A stretch of DNA of 64,000 bases from a virus: positions 1 to 64,000 of IMG/VR virus record IMGVR_UViG_3300036791_000264; one strand, 5' to 3'. The position numbers and the translations under genes are program-made. The notes under the pieces are model-generated. The model ran no database searches and was not told the origin of the DNA. It saw only the letters and a list, made by a program, of their open reading frames with translations. Below are positions 1 to 8,394 of this stretch, piece by piece; positions within the stretch are counted from its first letter, which is position 1, and the number at the start of each line of letters is the position of its first letter.

Positions 1-329
1 TGCATGAGGAAGCTGGCATAGGGGCCGTCTTCCATGAAGCAGATTAAGCCCTCTTCGTCTTGCACCTTGTAGAGCTTGGTGAACTGAGAGGGGGCGTTGG
101 CCTTGGTGCGGCGGTAGCCGCTCCAGCCCTTGGCTACGGCCAGGCCGCGGTCATCGTCGGCGTCGTCACGAGCCGGCGCCCGCTTGGTCTCAGTCGGGTG
201 GGGGCGGGATGAGCGCAGGGTGCTGGGCGGCTCCTCACGCCGCAGGCGGCGTTGGGGTTGGGGTTCGGCTGGGGTCTCGTCGTACTCTTCGGCTGGACGA
301 GGACGAACCAGCCTTCTTGGCTGTGCCAT
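1..329 (-). CDS. Putative ssDNA-binding protein, N-terminal part (runs off the window edge)
   Basis: Not in the ORF track. ATG at 329 preceded by AAGGAG; reads MAQPRRLVRP...AKGWSGYRRTK...LICFMEDGPYASFLM, resembling the N-terminus of actinophage gp32-like SSBs; lies in the replication operon. Confidence 0.55.
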   Translation of the reverse strand, partial: MAQPRRLVRPRPAEEYDETPAEPQPQRRLRREEPPSTLRSSRPHPTETKRAPARDDADDDRGLAVAKGWSGYRRTKANAPSQFTKLYKVQDEEGLICFMEDGPYASFLM

Positions 330-639
330 GTTGGCTCCTTTGTATTGGTGCAGATGACAGGGGTGCAGAGTGCAGGAAGTCGTCAGCAAGGTTGGGTGAG
401 ATCTCGGTCCAGGAAGCAACGGTTTGCAGTTCTTCTCGGGCCAGTTTTTCCACTTCGGTGATGACCAGTAGCTCAAGCTGGTCGGTCCAGGAGGCGCGGG
501 TCTCTCGGAGGGCAGCCCAGTCCTCGTCGGACCAGCCCAGGTCGTGGTGGTCAGCCTCGGCCCCCACCTCCACCTGGACGATCTCGTAGTCGCGGACCCG
601 CACGGTGTAGCGGATGTTCTTGGAGAGCTTCACCGCCAC
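235..639 (-). CDS. Hypothetical protein
   Basis: 134-aa ORF overlapping both neighbours in the replication operon. Confidence 0.6.
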   Translation of the reverse strand: MAVKLSKNIRYTVRVRDYEIVQVEVGAEADHHDLGWSDEDWAALRETRASWTDQLELLVITEVEKLAREELQTVASWTEISPNLADDFLHSAPLSSAPIQRSQHGTAKKAGSSSSSRRVRRDPSRTPTPTPPAA

Positions 640-1100
640 GACCTCCAGGCGGCGATGACACGAGCCGTGAAGTTGGTCTCACGAGGTGACACCGCTACCG
701 GCCACTGGACAGGCAACAGGCCCTCCTCTTGGGCGATGGCAACGATGCCCTCGATCTGGGCGCGGGTGAACAGGCGCCGGCCCGCGTTCCCCCTGGACCC
801 GACCACCGGATTGGTCTGGTAGCTGTTGCGGGGCAGCCAGCCCTTCCGCTGCCAGGCCCGGATGGTGACCGAGTCCCGGTCCAGGGCCTTGGCGAGCGCC
901 CCGACCCGGAACATCTCGTACTCGACGCCCTTGATCCAGACCTTCAAGGGGTGTGCGTCCCAGGGTTCCTCCTCACGGGTCAGCCGGCGTTCCTCCACCA
1001 ACCGCTCGTGGCGCATCTCCTGGGACTCCCGGCGCTTGCGCTTGGAGCCGGGGTAGTACTCGTCCTGGAGAGGGGCGAAGGCTCCCATCAGTTCGCTCAT
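630..1100 (-). CDS. MerR-like HTH DNA-binding protein
   Basis: MFRVGALAKALDRDSVTIRAWQRKGWLP...GRRLFTRAQI matches the MerR winged-HTH pattern. Confidence 0.8.
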   Translation of the reverse strand: MSELMGAFAPLQDEYYPGSKRKRRESQEMRHERLVEERRLTREEEPWDAHPLKVWIKGVEYEMFRVGALAKALDRDSVTIRAWQRKGWLPRNSYQTNPVVGSRGNAGRRLFTRAQIEGIVAIAQEEGLLPVQWPVAVSPRETNFTARVIAAWRSWR

Positions 1101-1561
1101 GCGCGCACCGGCTTCTCGTCCTCGTCCAGGAGGAAGAAGCGGTAGGACGTGACCGCCGGGAACATGCGGGCCAACTCGTCGTCGCTGATCTTGTTGTCGT
1201 AGTAGGCAGCTTGGATCCGGCTCTGATCGGGCACCCGGACGACCTCAGTCATGTCCTCCCACATGCCCTTCTCGGAAAGGATCTGCTCAGCCACCTCATC
1301 ATTGATGACGTTCTTCGACGTCACGCACAGGCTCTTCAGGAATCGGATCCGCTCGTCCCCTATCGGTTCCCCCAGATCCAAATAAATAGAGCCGTCCGCG
1401 GGATCCTTGTCACCATATTTTGCCAACAGGGCCTTGAACCGGTCGGTGCCCTTCTTCAGCTTCGGGGCCACCAGAGCTTCCTGGCGCTTGAGGGCATACC
1501 ACTCCCGCACCTCCCCCCTCAGGGCCAGTAGATCCAGCTTTGCGGCTCGCTTCGTCGGCAT
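1097..1561 (-). CDS. Hypothetical phage protein (coiled-coil N-terminus)
   Basis: 154 aa, ATGA overlap with the next gene; TACCCT -10-like hexamer 7 nt before the ATG suggests a leaderless transcript. Confidence 0.7.
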   Translation of the reverse strand: MPTKRAAKLDLLALRGEVREWYALKRQEALVAPKLKKGTDRFKALLAKYGDKDPADGSIYLDLGEPIGDERIRFLKSLCVTSKNVINDEVAEQILSEKGMWEDMTEVVRVPDQSRIQAAYYDNKISDDELARMFPAVTSYRFFLLDEDEKPVRA

Positions 1562-1591
1562 GTCTACCAGGGTAAGCGGGGGGTGAGACCG

Positions 1592-1954
1592 TCAAGATGG
1601 CGCTGGGGGATCGCCTCCCTTGCCGTACATGTCGTTGGCGCTGCCGATGACGAACCAGGGGCGCAAGTTCTTCTCAGCGACCGCCAGCAGCCGCTCAGAG
1701 GCGCGGTTATGGCTCATACGGTCCATGAAGCAGAGAACGATGTTGGGATCCTCCCAGCCGTCGACCACCCGGTGCTGGAGGTACTTGAACTGCTCTACCT
1801 CAAACTCCAGGCCCTCCAGGGTGCCGTTGTCCTGGATGGTGATGACCTCACTCCACTGGCGCGACCAAGTGTTGAGGCCCTCCAGCAGGAGCCGTAGGAC
1901 GAAGGTGTCGTCGGTCAGCCGGCTGCCACAGAACAGGTACTGGGGGCCTTTCAC
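1592..1954 (-). CDS. SLOG/YspA (DUF2493)-like protein, divergent
   Basis: YLFCGSR...PNIVLCF...RASERLLAVAEKNLRP resembles the SLOG fold. Start placed at GTG 1954, which overlaps the helicase stop (GTGA). Confidence 0.5.
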   Translation of the reverse strand: MKGPQYLFCGSRLTDDTFVLRLLLEGLNTWSRQWSEVITIQDNGTLEGLEFEVEQFKYLQHRVVDGWEDPNIVLCFMDRMSHNRASERLLAVAEKNLRPWFVIGSANDMYGKGGDPPAPS

Positions 1955-3525
1955 ACCGCACTCTCCCGGAGCCACTCCGACAGGCTCTTCAGATCCAGGG
2001 TGATGCTGCCCTTGGGGTTGATGCCCTTGCCGTCCACCACGGCGTCAGCCACCTTCTTCTTCTGGCCCAGGAGCCGGAACTGGTACTCCTCGATGGTGCC
2101 AGTGGCCTGGACCGTCAGGAGGGTGACCTGGGGGAATCGGCTGGACAGGCGCACGATGCGGGCCTGGCGCTGGGCGTAGGCGCCGGCTGACCAGGGCAGG
2201 TCGTAGCTGATCAGGAAGTTCGCCACCGGCAGGTCGAGGCCGATGCCCCCGGCGTCGGAGGAGAGGAAGAGCCGGGTGTCAGGGTCGGTGGCGAACTGGG
2301 TCTTGGCCTGGTCGCGCTTGGTGACCGACACGGCCCCGGTGAACAGCACTGATTTGGTCAGGCCCTTGGTGGCGTCGGCCACGAGATCGAGCATGTCCTT
2401 GAAGAAGGAGAAAAAAACCACCTTGTTGCGCGGATCTGCCTCCAGGATCTCGCATATAAGGCCAGGGCGATCCCTGGTACCTACAACGGCATCCAGCTTG
2501 GGCGCCTTGGGCAGCTTTTCCAGCTTGCCGGCTTGGTGTAGCTCTTCGGCGTACTCGCTCCCGGTGCGGTTGCCGGGTAGTACCCCACGAAAGTGCGCTG
2601 CTGACAGGCGCAGTAACTCGGGATGATCGCAAAGCATCCTCATGCACACCAGCTTGCTCATGATCCGGCCACGGGCCTCGCCCTGCTCCTCGCCCCGGTA
2701 GAACCCACCCAGGGAGAAGTTGCCCCAGGTGTTCAGGGCCTCAGCCAGTTCGGCCTGGAGGTCATGCACCATGCGCCTATACAGGACCGCCGCGCTGGCG
2801 TCAAGGTCAACCAGGATGGGCGCCGGGGCCACCACCGCTGGTAGCTGATCAGCCACTTCTGCTCGGGTACGGCGCACCATGTGATCGGACAGCAGCCGGT
2901 GCAGGGTGGGCAGGTTCCGATAGGAGCGGACACGTCCAAAGTGGTCCCGCTTCACGAAGGCGGCGTCAAAGGTCTTGAAGTGGCCCAGGACGCTGGAGTC
3001 CACCCACTGCATAATGCTGAAGACCTCTTCGGCCCGGTTTTCAATGGGCTGGCCGGTGAGCGCCCAGCGGTAGGTGGCCGTGAGCCGCTTGATTTTTTTC
3101 GACCGTTGGGGCTTGAAGTTTTTGAACCATGTCGCCTCGTCGGCCACGATGTAGTCGCGGGGCAGCCGGCTCACGATCTCCCAGTCGTTGGTCATCTGCT
3201 CCGGGTTGATGATCAGGTACTCAGCGTCACCCCGCTTGTAGCGCTGGTACTGGGCCTCGCGCTGGGGCGCCGTGCCGTTGACGACGATGACGTTGGCCTC
3301 CGGGGCGAACTCCTCGATCATGTGCCGCCATTGCAACTTGATGCTGGCTGGGCAGATGATCAGGCCCCCGCCGATCTTGCCGGCGTCGATCAGATCCTCG
3401 ATGGCGGCGATGGTGATGACGGTCTTGCCCAGGCCCATCTCATAGGCCACCAGCAGGGTCTTCATGTCGAGCATGCGCTCGACGGCCTGCTCCTGGAACT
3501 CGTACAGCGTGCCCTTGAAGACCAT
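1951..3525 (-). CDS. SNF2-family helicase
   Basis: YEMGLGKT (motif I), VADEA (II), ALTGQPIEN (III), SSDAGGIGLDL (V), QRQARIVR (VI). Start placed at ATG 3525 (TAATG overlap with primase). Confidence 0.92.
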   Translation of the reverse strand: MVFKGTLYEFQEQAVERMLDMKTLLVAYEMGLGKTVITIAAIEDLIDAGKIGGGLIICPASIKLQWRHMIEEFAPEANVIVVNGTAPQREAQYQRYKRGDAEYLIINPEQMTNDWEIVSRLPRDYIVADEATWFKNFKPQRSKKIKRLTATYRWALTGQPIENRAEEVFSIMQWVDSSVLGHFKTFDAAFVKRDHFGRVRSYRNLPTLHRLLSDHMVRRTRAEVADQLPAVVAPAPILVDLDASAAVLYRRMVHDLQAELAEALNTWGNFSLGGFYRGEEQGEARGRIMSKLVCMRMLCDHPELLRLSAAHFRGVLPGNRTGSEYAEELHQAGKLEKLPKAPKLDAVVGTRDRPGLICEILEADPRNKVVFFSFFKDMLDLVADATKGLTKSVLFTGAVSVTKRDQAKTQFATDPDTRLFLSSDAGGIGLDLPVANFLISYDLPWSAGAYAQRQARIVRLSSRFPQVTLLTVQATGTIEEYQFRLLGQKKKVADAVVDGKGINPKGSITLDLKSLSEWLRESAV

Positions 3526-4400
3526 TACCAGAATGTTGCCAGGACGGCCTTCTCTAGGCCCTTGCGAACCTCCAGCGGTGATAGCTCCCCTGGATCCTTG
3601 CCGCTCAGGCCCCGGTAGTTGAACACCGTCATAGGGATCCGATGGTGCCACTTCTCGCGAAGAATCCGGCTGGTCTCCGCGAGACCAGCCCGGTCGTCGT
3701 CCAGGGCCAAGGTCAACCGGTCGAGCCGCTCCACCAGGAGCTTCAACTGCATGTCGGAGATCTGACAGCCGAAGGCAGCGACCGCCGGCACGTCCAGGGT
3801 GTCGAGGTAGGCCACGTCGAGAGGGGACTCCACCAGGACCGCCTCGTCAGCGCGCAGCACGTCGAGACCGAAGAGGGTCTTGCCCTTCTTGATGCCCGGA
3901 GGGTGGTTGCGGATCTCGGTGCCCTTGGTCTGCCAGCCCCACTTTTCCCCAGTTGGGGAGAAGATGGGGATAACCCAGGCAGCCTCCTCGCAGTCCCAGC
4001 GCAGTTGGTAGCGGTCGCACACCTCCGGGGTCAGGTGCCGGCGCTCCAGGGCGCGGGATGGGGGCGGGCCGAACTCCTCCAGCTTGCTCTCGATCACCAG
4101 GCCGATGGGCGGCTCCCAGGGGGCCTCGTCGTCGGACAAGTCCACGTCGAAGCGCCGCATCAGGCCACGGGCGTCCCACAGGCTGACCTTGGTGACGTCC
4201 ATGATGAGCCGGGTCAGGGAGCCTGAGTACTCGCAGGAGAAGCAGTGGTGGGCGCCTGAGTGCCGGTTGATGCTCCAGTGGTCTGGCCGGCGCTCCTGCT
4301 CCCCGGTGCGCTTCTCGTGCATGGGGCAGCGGGCTTGCACCTCGGCGCCCAGGGAGCGGATGTCCTCGACGCCGATGTACTCCAGCAGATCCTCGATCAC
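3525..4400 (-). CDS. DNA primase (Zn-binding domain plus TOPRIM)
   Basis: CPMH...HHCFSC zinc finger; LVESPLD and LALDDDRAG TOPRIM motifs. Confidence 0.9.
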   Translation of the reverse strand: MIEDLLEYIGVEDIRSLGAEVQARCPMHEKRTGEQERRPDHWSINRHSGAHHCFSCEYSGSLTRLIMDVTKVSLWDARGLMRRFDVDLSDDEAPWEPPIGLVIESKLEEFGPPPSRALERRHLTPEVCDRYQLRWDCEEAAWVIPIFSPTGEKWGWQTKGTEIRNHPPGIKKGKTLFGLDVLRADEAVLVESPLDVAYLDTLDVPAVAAFGCQISDMQLKLLVERLDRLTLALDDDRAGLAETSRILREKWHHRIPMTVFNYRGLSGKDPGELSPLEVRKGLEKAVLATFW

Positions 4401-5665
4401 TTCATGTCGCGCACGTCGTCGTCTTCCTCGTACTCAATCTCCCCGGTCTCCATGATGGAGCCATGGTCAAGGTCGACCAACAGCATGACATCCCTGGGCG
4501 AGCAGTTCCGGGACGCCAGGATCCGCAGCAGGGCTTCGTTGTCGTTGGTCTGACCTTCCCCATCCCTGGTTGCCTCGACGCCAAAAACCACGTCGCTGTC
4601 CTGGCCGAATGACGAGGAATATCCGATGGAGTTAAGGCTCAGCTTGCCCCTGGGAGTTTTCCAGGTCAGGGCCTGGGTGGTCTGGCAGATGGGCACATCA
4701 GCCTGTTGGGCCAACCGTTTTAGAGATCGGGTGATGCTGGTCAGGGCCTGAGCCGAGTTAGGTGTGATCCCTGGATCCTCGCAATCCATCATGTAGGCCC
4801 CGTCGATGTAGACGGCATTGGGTCGGTGCTGGGCGACCTTGGCCCGGATGGCTGAGACTGTCGTAGTACTGGTGGGGTCATGCACCAGAGTCAGGGTGGG
4901 CCGGTCCTCTAGCTCGTGCATCATGCGTTGGAGCTTCTTCCACTCCCAGTCGAGCATCTGGGCCGGGGCCTGGAGGTGGGACAGGCTGATACCGGCGCGC
5001 AGGGCATCGTGGCGGGTATGTTGCTCTCGGTTGGACATCTCAAAGCTGATGTACATCGTCCTGGCGCCGGCCTGGTTGGCGGCGACCATCATCCACATCA
5101 GTAGCAGGGACTTCTTGACCTTGGGGTTGCCAGCCAGGGTTACTAACTGCCCTTTCTGAAGGCCGCTGGTGGCCTGATCCATGGAGGGGAACCCGGTGGG
5201 CCAACCCAGGAGACCCTTGCGGGTGGTCAAGTCCCGGTAGTAGTCCATTCGTTCCTCCCAGTCGTTAAGTGGCTCGTCCAGTAGCTCGGTGACCTCTAGT
5301 TGGATGCCCTCCAGGCCAGTAGCTAAGAGCCTCACGGCGATGTCGCTGTCCTGGTTTATGAGCGAGTCCTTGACGCCGTCGAGCATGTCGGTGAGCATGG
5401 CGTACTTGCGTTGATCGCGTAGCTCATCGATGTAGTAGGCCAGCGGCTCAGGGGTCTCGATCAGGTTGTCAGCGGGATATTCCCGGTGGAAAGCCTCCTC
5501 ACTGGGAGACTCCCCGTACTTGGCCCAGTGGTCTCGCGCCCAGTTGAACATGGCGGCATTGTCGGGATCGAGGAAGAAGGCGGTAGTGATCCGGGCATGG
5601 GCCAGGGCGTCGAAGTTGCGCTCCTGGAGGGTGCGGCAGATGGTCTGGTACTCGATGTCGGGCAT
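4397..5665 (-). CDS. dnaB: DnaB-like replicative helicase
   Basis: TGFPSMDQATSGLQKGQLVTLAG, YISFEMS, VYIDGAYMM, SLKRLA, SSSFGQDSDVV. Walker A is atypical (GNPKVKKS). Confidence 0.88.
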   Translation of the reverse strand: MPDIEYQTICRTLQERNFDALAHARITTAFFLDPDNAAMFNWARDHWAKYGESPSEEAFHREYPADNLIETPEPLAYYIDELRDQRKYAMLTDMLDGVKDSLINQDSDIAVRLLATGLEGIQLEVTELLDEPLNDWEERMDYYRDLTTRKGLLGWPTGFPSMDQATSGLQKGQLVTLAGNPKVKKSLLLMWMMVAANQAGARTMYISFEMSNREQHTRHDALRAGISLSHLQAPAQMLDWEWKKLQRMMHELEDRPTLTLVHDPTSTTTVSAIRAKVAQHRPNAVYIDGAYMMDCEDPGITPNSAQALTSITRSLKRLAQQADVPICQTTQALTWKTPRGKLSLNSIGYSSSFGQDSDVVFGVEATRDGEGQTNDNEALLRILASRNCSPRDVMLLVDLDHGSIMETGEIEYEEDDDVRDMK

Positions 5666-5668
5666 CGC

Positions 5669-6118
5669 TTACTCCACTGTGAGGGGGGTGTCGGGACCGA
5701 TGTGGTAGCCGTGGGGGCCGAAGATCCAGCGGTGGTCTTCCAGGCCGTAGTAGATGCGTGCGATGTCAGGGGCGTGGGCCAGGGACCGGCCCAGGTCTTC
5801 GGCCTGGGCGCAGTAGACGTACTCCACCGGCCAGTTCTCCTGGAGGATCTTCTTGCTCACCGCCTGGGTGAAGCCGGGGCCGCGGCTGGTGACGCAGATG
5901 TCGATGCGGTAGAAGGTGCGGGCGAACAGGGTCCACATCAGGCCGAGTGATCGCCCGGAAACCTGCCAGTACCCCAGGGCCTGGTCGTGCAGCGTCAGCC
6001 GCTCCTTGTAGCGCTCTAGCATCCGCACGGTGTAGCGATCTGGGAGAGAGGCCACCGCTCCCTCCCAGATGAAGATGACGCGCTGCTTGGCTTCGGTGCC
6101 TAGTTCTCCACGGCGCAT
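5669..6118 (-). CDS. HAD-like fold protein, degenerate motif I
   Basis: VIFIWEGAVA in place of hhhDxDG; CVTSR resembles HAD motif II. Confidence 0.45.
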   Translation of the reverse strand: MRRGELGTEAKQRVIFIWEGAVASLPDRYTVRMLERYKERLTLHDQALGYWQVSGRSLGLMWTLFARTFYRIDICVTSRGPGFTQAVSKKILQENWPVEYVYCAQAEDLGRSLAHAPDIARIYYGLEDHRWIFGPHGYHIGPDTPLTVE

Positions 6119-6729
6119 CGGTAGTCCTCGCCCTCCATCACGACCAGGATCGTGGCCTCATGGAGGAAGCTGGACAGTCCTTCGGAGTATCGAACATCGA
6201 TCTTGTCGAGCGGCTGGTTAGTGGTGACGATTGACGGGAGACCACGGTTGTGGCGGAATCGCAGCAGATCGAACACGCGCCCATTAGACCAACCTGACTG
6301 GGACTCGGTCTCGCGACCCAGGTCGTCCAGTAGCAGGAACTTGGCCCGCATCTCGATGTAGCGGATGCGCTCTTCCAGTTCATGGTGTCGGTCTTCCCAC
6401 TTTTCGTAGTACTGGGAGTCCTGTCCAATCCGCTGAAGGCGGGCGTTGAGGTCGAACATCTCTGTATTCAGGGAGATGTACGTGCTGAGTTCGATGCACT
6501 CGTAGCGATAGCCGGCGTCCTCTACCGCATGCAACACGGCGCAGGCCAGGTGGGTCTTGCCCACCCCGTTCGGACCCACGAAGGTGATGCCCATACCCTG
6601 ATCCATCATGGCCTTCAGGTCAGCGGTGTAATCGCGGACGATCCTGACCGCCTCAGTCAGGCTGGGGTTATCGCCAGTCTCAAAGTCATCGAGGGTCTTG
6701 TCCCGATAGTGTGGAAATACTTCTTTCAT
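6100..6729 (-). CDS. DnaC/IstB-like helicase loader ATPase
   Basis: Walker A GPNGVGKTHLA, Walker B LLLDDLGRE, LPSIVTTN, C-terminal GEDYR. Confidence 0.9.
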   Translation of the reverse strand: MKEVFPHYRDKTLDDFETGDNPSLTEAVRIVRDYTADLKAMMDQGMGITFVGPNGVGKTHLACAVLHAVEDAGYRYECIELSTYISLNTEMFDLNARLQRIGQDSQYYEKWEDRHHELEERIRYIEMRAKFLLLDDLGRETESQSGWSNGRVFDLLRFRHNRGLPSIVTTNQPLDKIDVRYSEGLSSFLHEATILVVMEGEDYRCAVEN

Positions 6730-7256
6730 AGTTCCTCTCCTAGGAAGTTACGGTTGCAGGTACGACAGTGATAGCGCTGGCGGTCAGGCAGCACGCTGTT
6801 GGTCTGGCGCCCGTTGCGGGACACGCTGGCCCGTTGATCACAGAAGGGGCAGAGCGGCATCCCATCCTTGGACCGGGAGCGCTTGCGTTGCCCAGCCCGG
6901 TAGTTCTCCCGGAGGGTCTTGGCCGCGAGCCGTGCCTTCCAGTGGCGGCGGTTCCATTCCTGGCGCCAGTCGTAGTAGATCTCCTTGCCCTGGTAAATCC
7001 GCCTGCGAACGTCCTGGGTCAGGCCGGCGAAGGTGCCGTACTCCAGGTTGTCGTAGTTTCCCAGGGTCCACCGGGTGCAGTCCCTGAACACCGGGCAGCG
7101 TACACAGACGGCCTGGCATGCGGCCAGGGCCTCGATGGTGTCATCGAAGTAGATCTCGTTGAGCCTGCCAGTGGGAGTGATGCAGGCCCGCCGGGGGTCG
7201 TTGATGAAGTCCGGATCCAGTTGGCCCCGGACCCAGAGCGGCGTGCGCCGGGTCAT
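6726..7256 (-). CDS. WhiB-family transcription factor with C-terminal zinc ribbon
   Basis: AC...CxxC...C (CVRCPVFRDC) and YGTFAGLT turn of WhiB; C-terminal CPFC...QRYHCRTCNRNF. Confidence 0.8.
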   Translation of the reverse strand: MTRRTPLWVRGQLDPDFINDPRRACITPTGRLNEIYFDDTIEALAACQAVCVRCPVFRDCTRWTLGNYDNLEYGTFAGLTQDVRRRIYQGKEIYYDWRQEWNRRHWKARLAAKTLRENYRAGQRKRSRSKDGMPLCPFCDQRASVSRNGRQTNSVLPDRQRYHCRTCNRNFLGEEL

Positions 7257-8014
7257 GTCGCGTAGTTAACACGGGGTGTGTGACGGCCAAGCCAAAACTC
7301 TTTACCGCTACCAGACCAGCGACGGTTCGATGGGTCTTTCGTTTTTCGGAAGGCGACGATGCTGGCGATCTCATCACGTCTACCCACGAAGACCCGCCAG
7401 GGGGGTCTACGCGCTCCTCGGCACCATTCCGGGTGTCGAGCAAACTCCTCCATCATCAGTTGAATGGTGAGCATGTCGACGCCCTGGAGCCTCCATCGGT
7501 TCAGGTGTTGGGTCAGGGCAGCCCCGTTGGTCTGGAGAGGGTTCATCTGAATCCCCGCCGCTCGGACTATGGCTGGAAAAAAACATTTCGACAGGTAGAC
7601 CGTCGAGACTGGTTTTTGGGCAGACTCCGACTTAACCCCGTTAGGAACATCAACATCACCAACTGACACCGACTCATTAACCGAAACAACAGGGCGGTCG
7701 TCAAGCCGCAGGCTATACTCCCTCCGCAAAGCGGGGGAGGAGGTTGGGGAATCACCTCCCCCGCAACTACAGGAGACCAGCACGCGATACCGGTGGCTGT
7801 CCCCGATGGAGACTCTCTCGATCCAGCCGCCGTCTTCCAGGTGCTGGAAGGTCTCCATCCCTGCACCAGGCATCTTCTTCAACTGGTACTCCAGCTTGTT
7901 CCCACTCATGGTCACCAGGCCCTGACGCCCGGTATGCCTCCCGGCCCAGGCCAGGAGCCGGTGTTCCGGCCCGTTACCCAGTTCCAGGCATGGTGGAACC
8001 ACACCTCTGTCCAT
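7253..8014 (-). CDS. Putative replication initiator / wHTH protein
   Basis: ATG 8014 with GGAGG RBS; ...FQHLEDGGWIERV...RYRV wing pattern; first gene of the replication operon, upstream of loader and helicase. Confidence 0.5.
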   Translation of the reverse strand: MDRGVVPPCLELGNGPEHRLLAWAGRHTGRQGLVTMSGNKLEYQLKKMPGAGMETFQHLEDGGWIERVSIGDSHRYRVLVSCSCGGGDSPTSSPALRREYSLRLDDRPVVSVNESVSVGDVDVPNGVKSESAQKPVSTVYLSKCFFPAIVRAAGIQMNPLQTNGAALTQHLNRWRLQGVDMLTIQLMMEEFARHPEWCRGARRPPWRVFVGRRDEIASIVAFRKTKDPSNRRWSGSGKEFWLGRHTPRVNYAT

Positions 8015-8103
8015 ACTGCCTCCTCCCGGCCAGCCCCGCGAACAGGGCTTCCTATGCTCCAGCCCACCTGGCTCCCTGTCGGGGGTCATGCAGGTAACCG
8101 GAT

Positions 8104-8132
8104 ACACTGCCCTTCCCGGTGGCGGCTGTCAA
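8104..8132 (-). promoter_or_regulatory. Sigma70/SigA-type promoter for the replication operon
   Basis: TTGACA (8132-8127), 17-nt spacer, CAGTGT (8109-8104) on the minus strand. Confidence 0.6.
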
Positions 8133-8349
8133 GCCCGAATGGAAAGAAGTTTGAGGCGAACAAATGACAAAGATGTGTCTATCGTGAGCCATGTAAATGA
8201 TGCAAATCAGCGCACGCTGTGGCTTGCATTCCACAGCGCCGCCTGTGACCGCCTACAAGCGCGTTAATCATTTCGCCAGGCTTCCCGCCAGATGAACGCC
8301 GATAACCGCAGCCAGAAAAAACCTAGCCGGTTCTGCCGGTTCCCGCAAG

Positions 8350-8385
8350 GGTGGTTTTTTCCACAGGTTGTCCCCTTCCTACGCT
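8350..8385 (+). promoter_or_regulatory. GGTG-class (putative late) promoter upstream of terminase
   Basis: GGTGGTT at 8350, TACGCT at 8380 (30-nt offset, as in the other copies). Confidence 0.55.
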
Positions 8386-8394
8386 GGAGGGGGT

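Noticed and set aside
1575-1595. TTGACG -35 for the 1561 gene
   Set aside because: The spacer to the TACCCT -10 is only 15 nt; only the leaderless -10 was kept as evidence.
6100-6729. IS21 IstB transposition helper
   Set aside because: No IstA neighbour; context next to DnaB and primase supports a helicase loader.
6726-6860. IS1 element
   Set aside because: Only the zinc-ribbon motif is present, fused in frame to WhiB; no InsB/DDE domain or terminal inverted repeats were seen.
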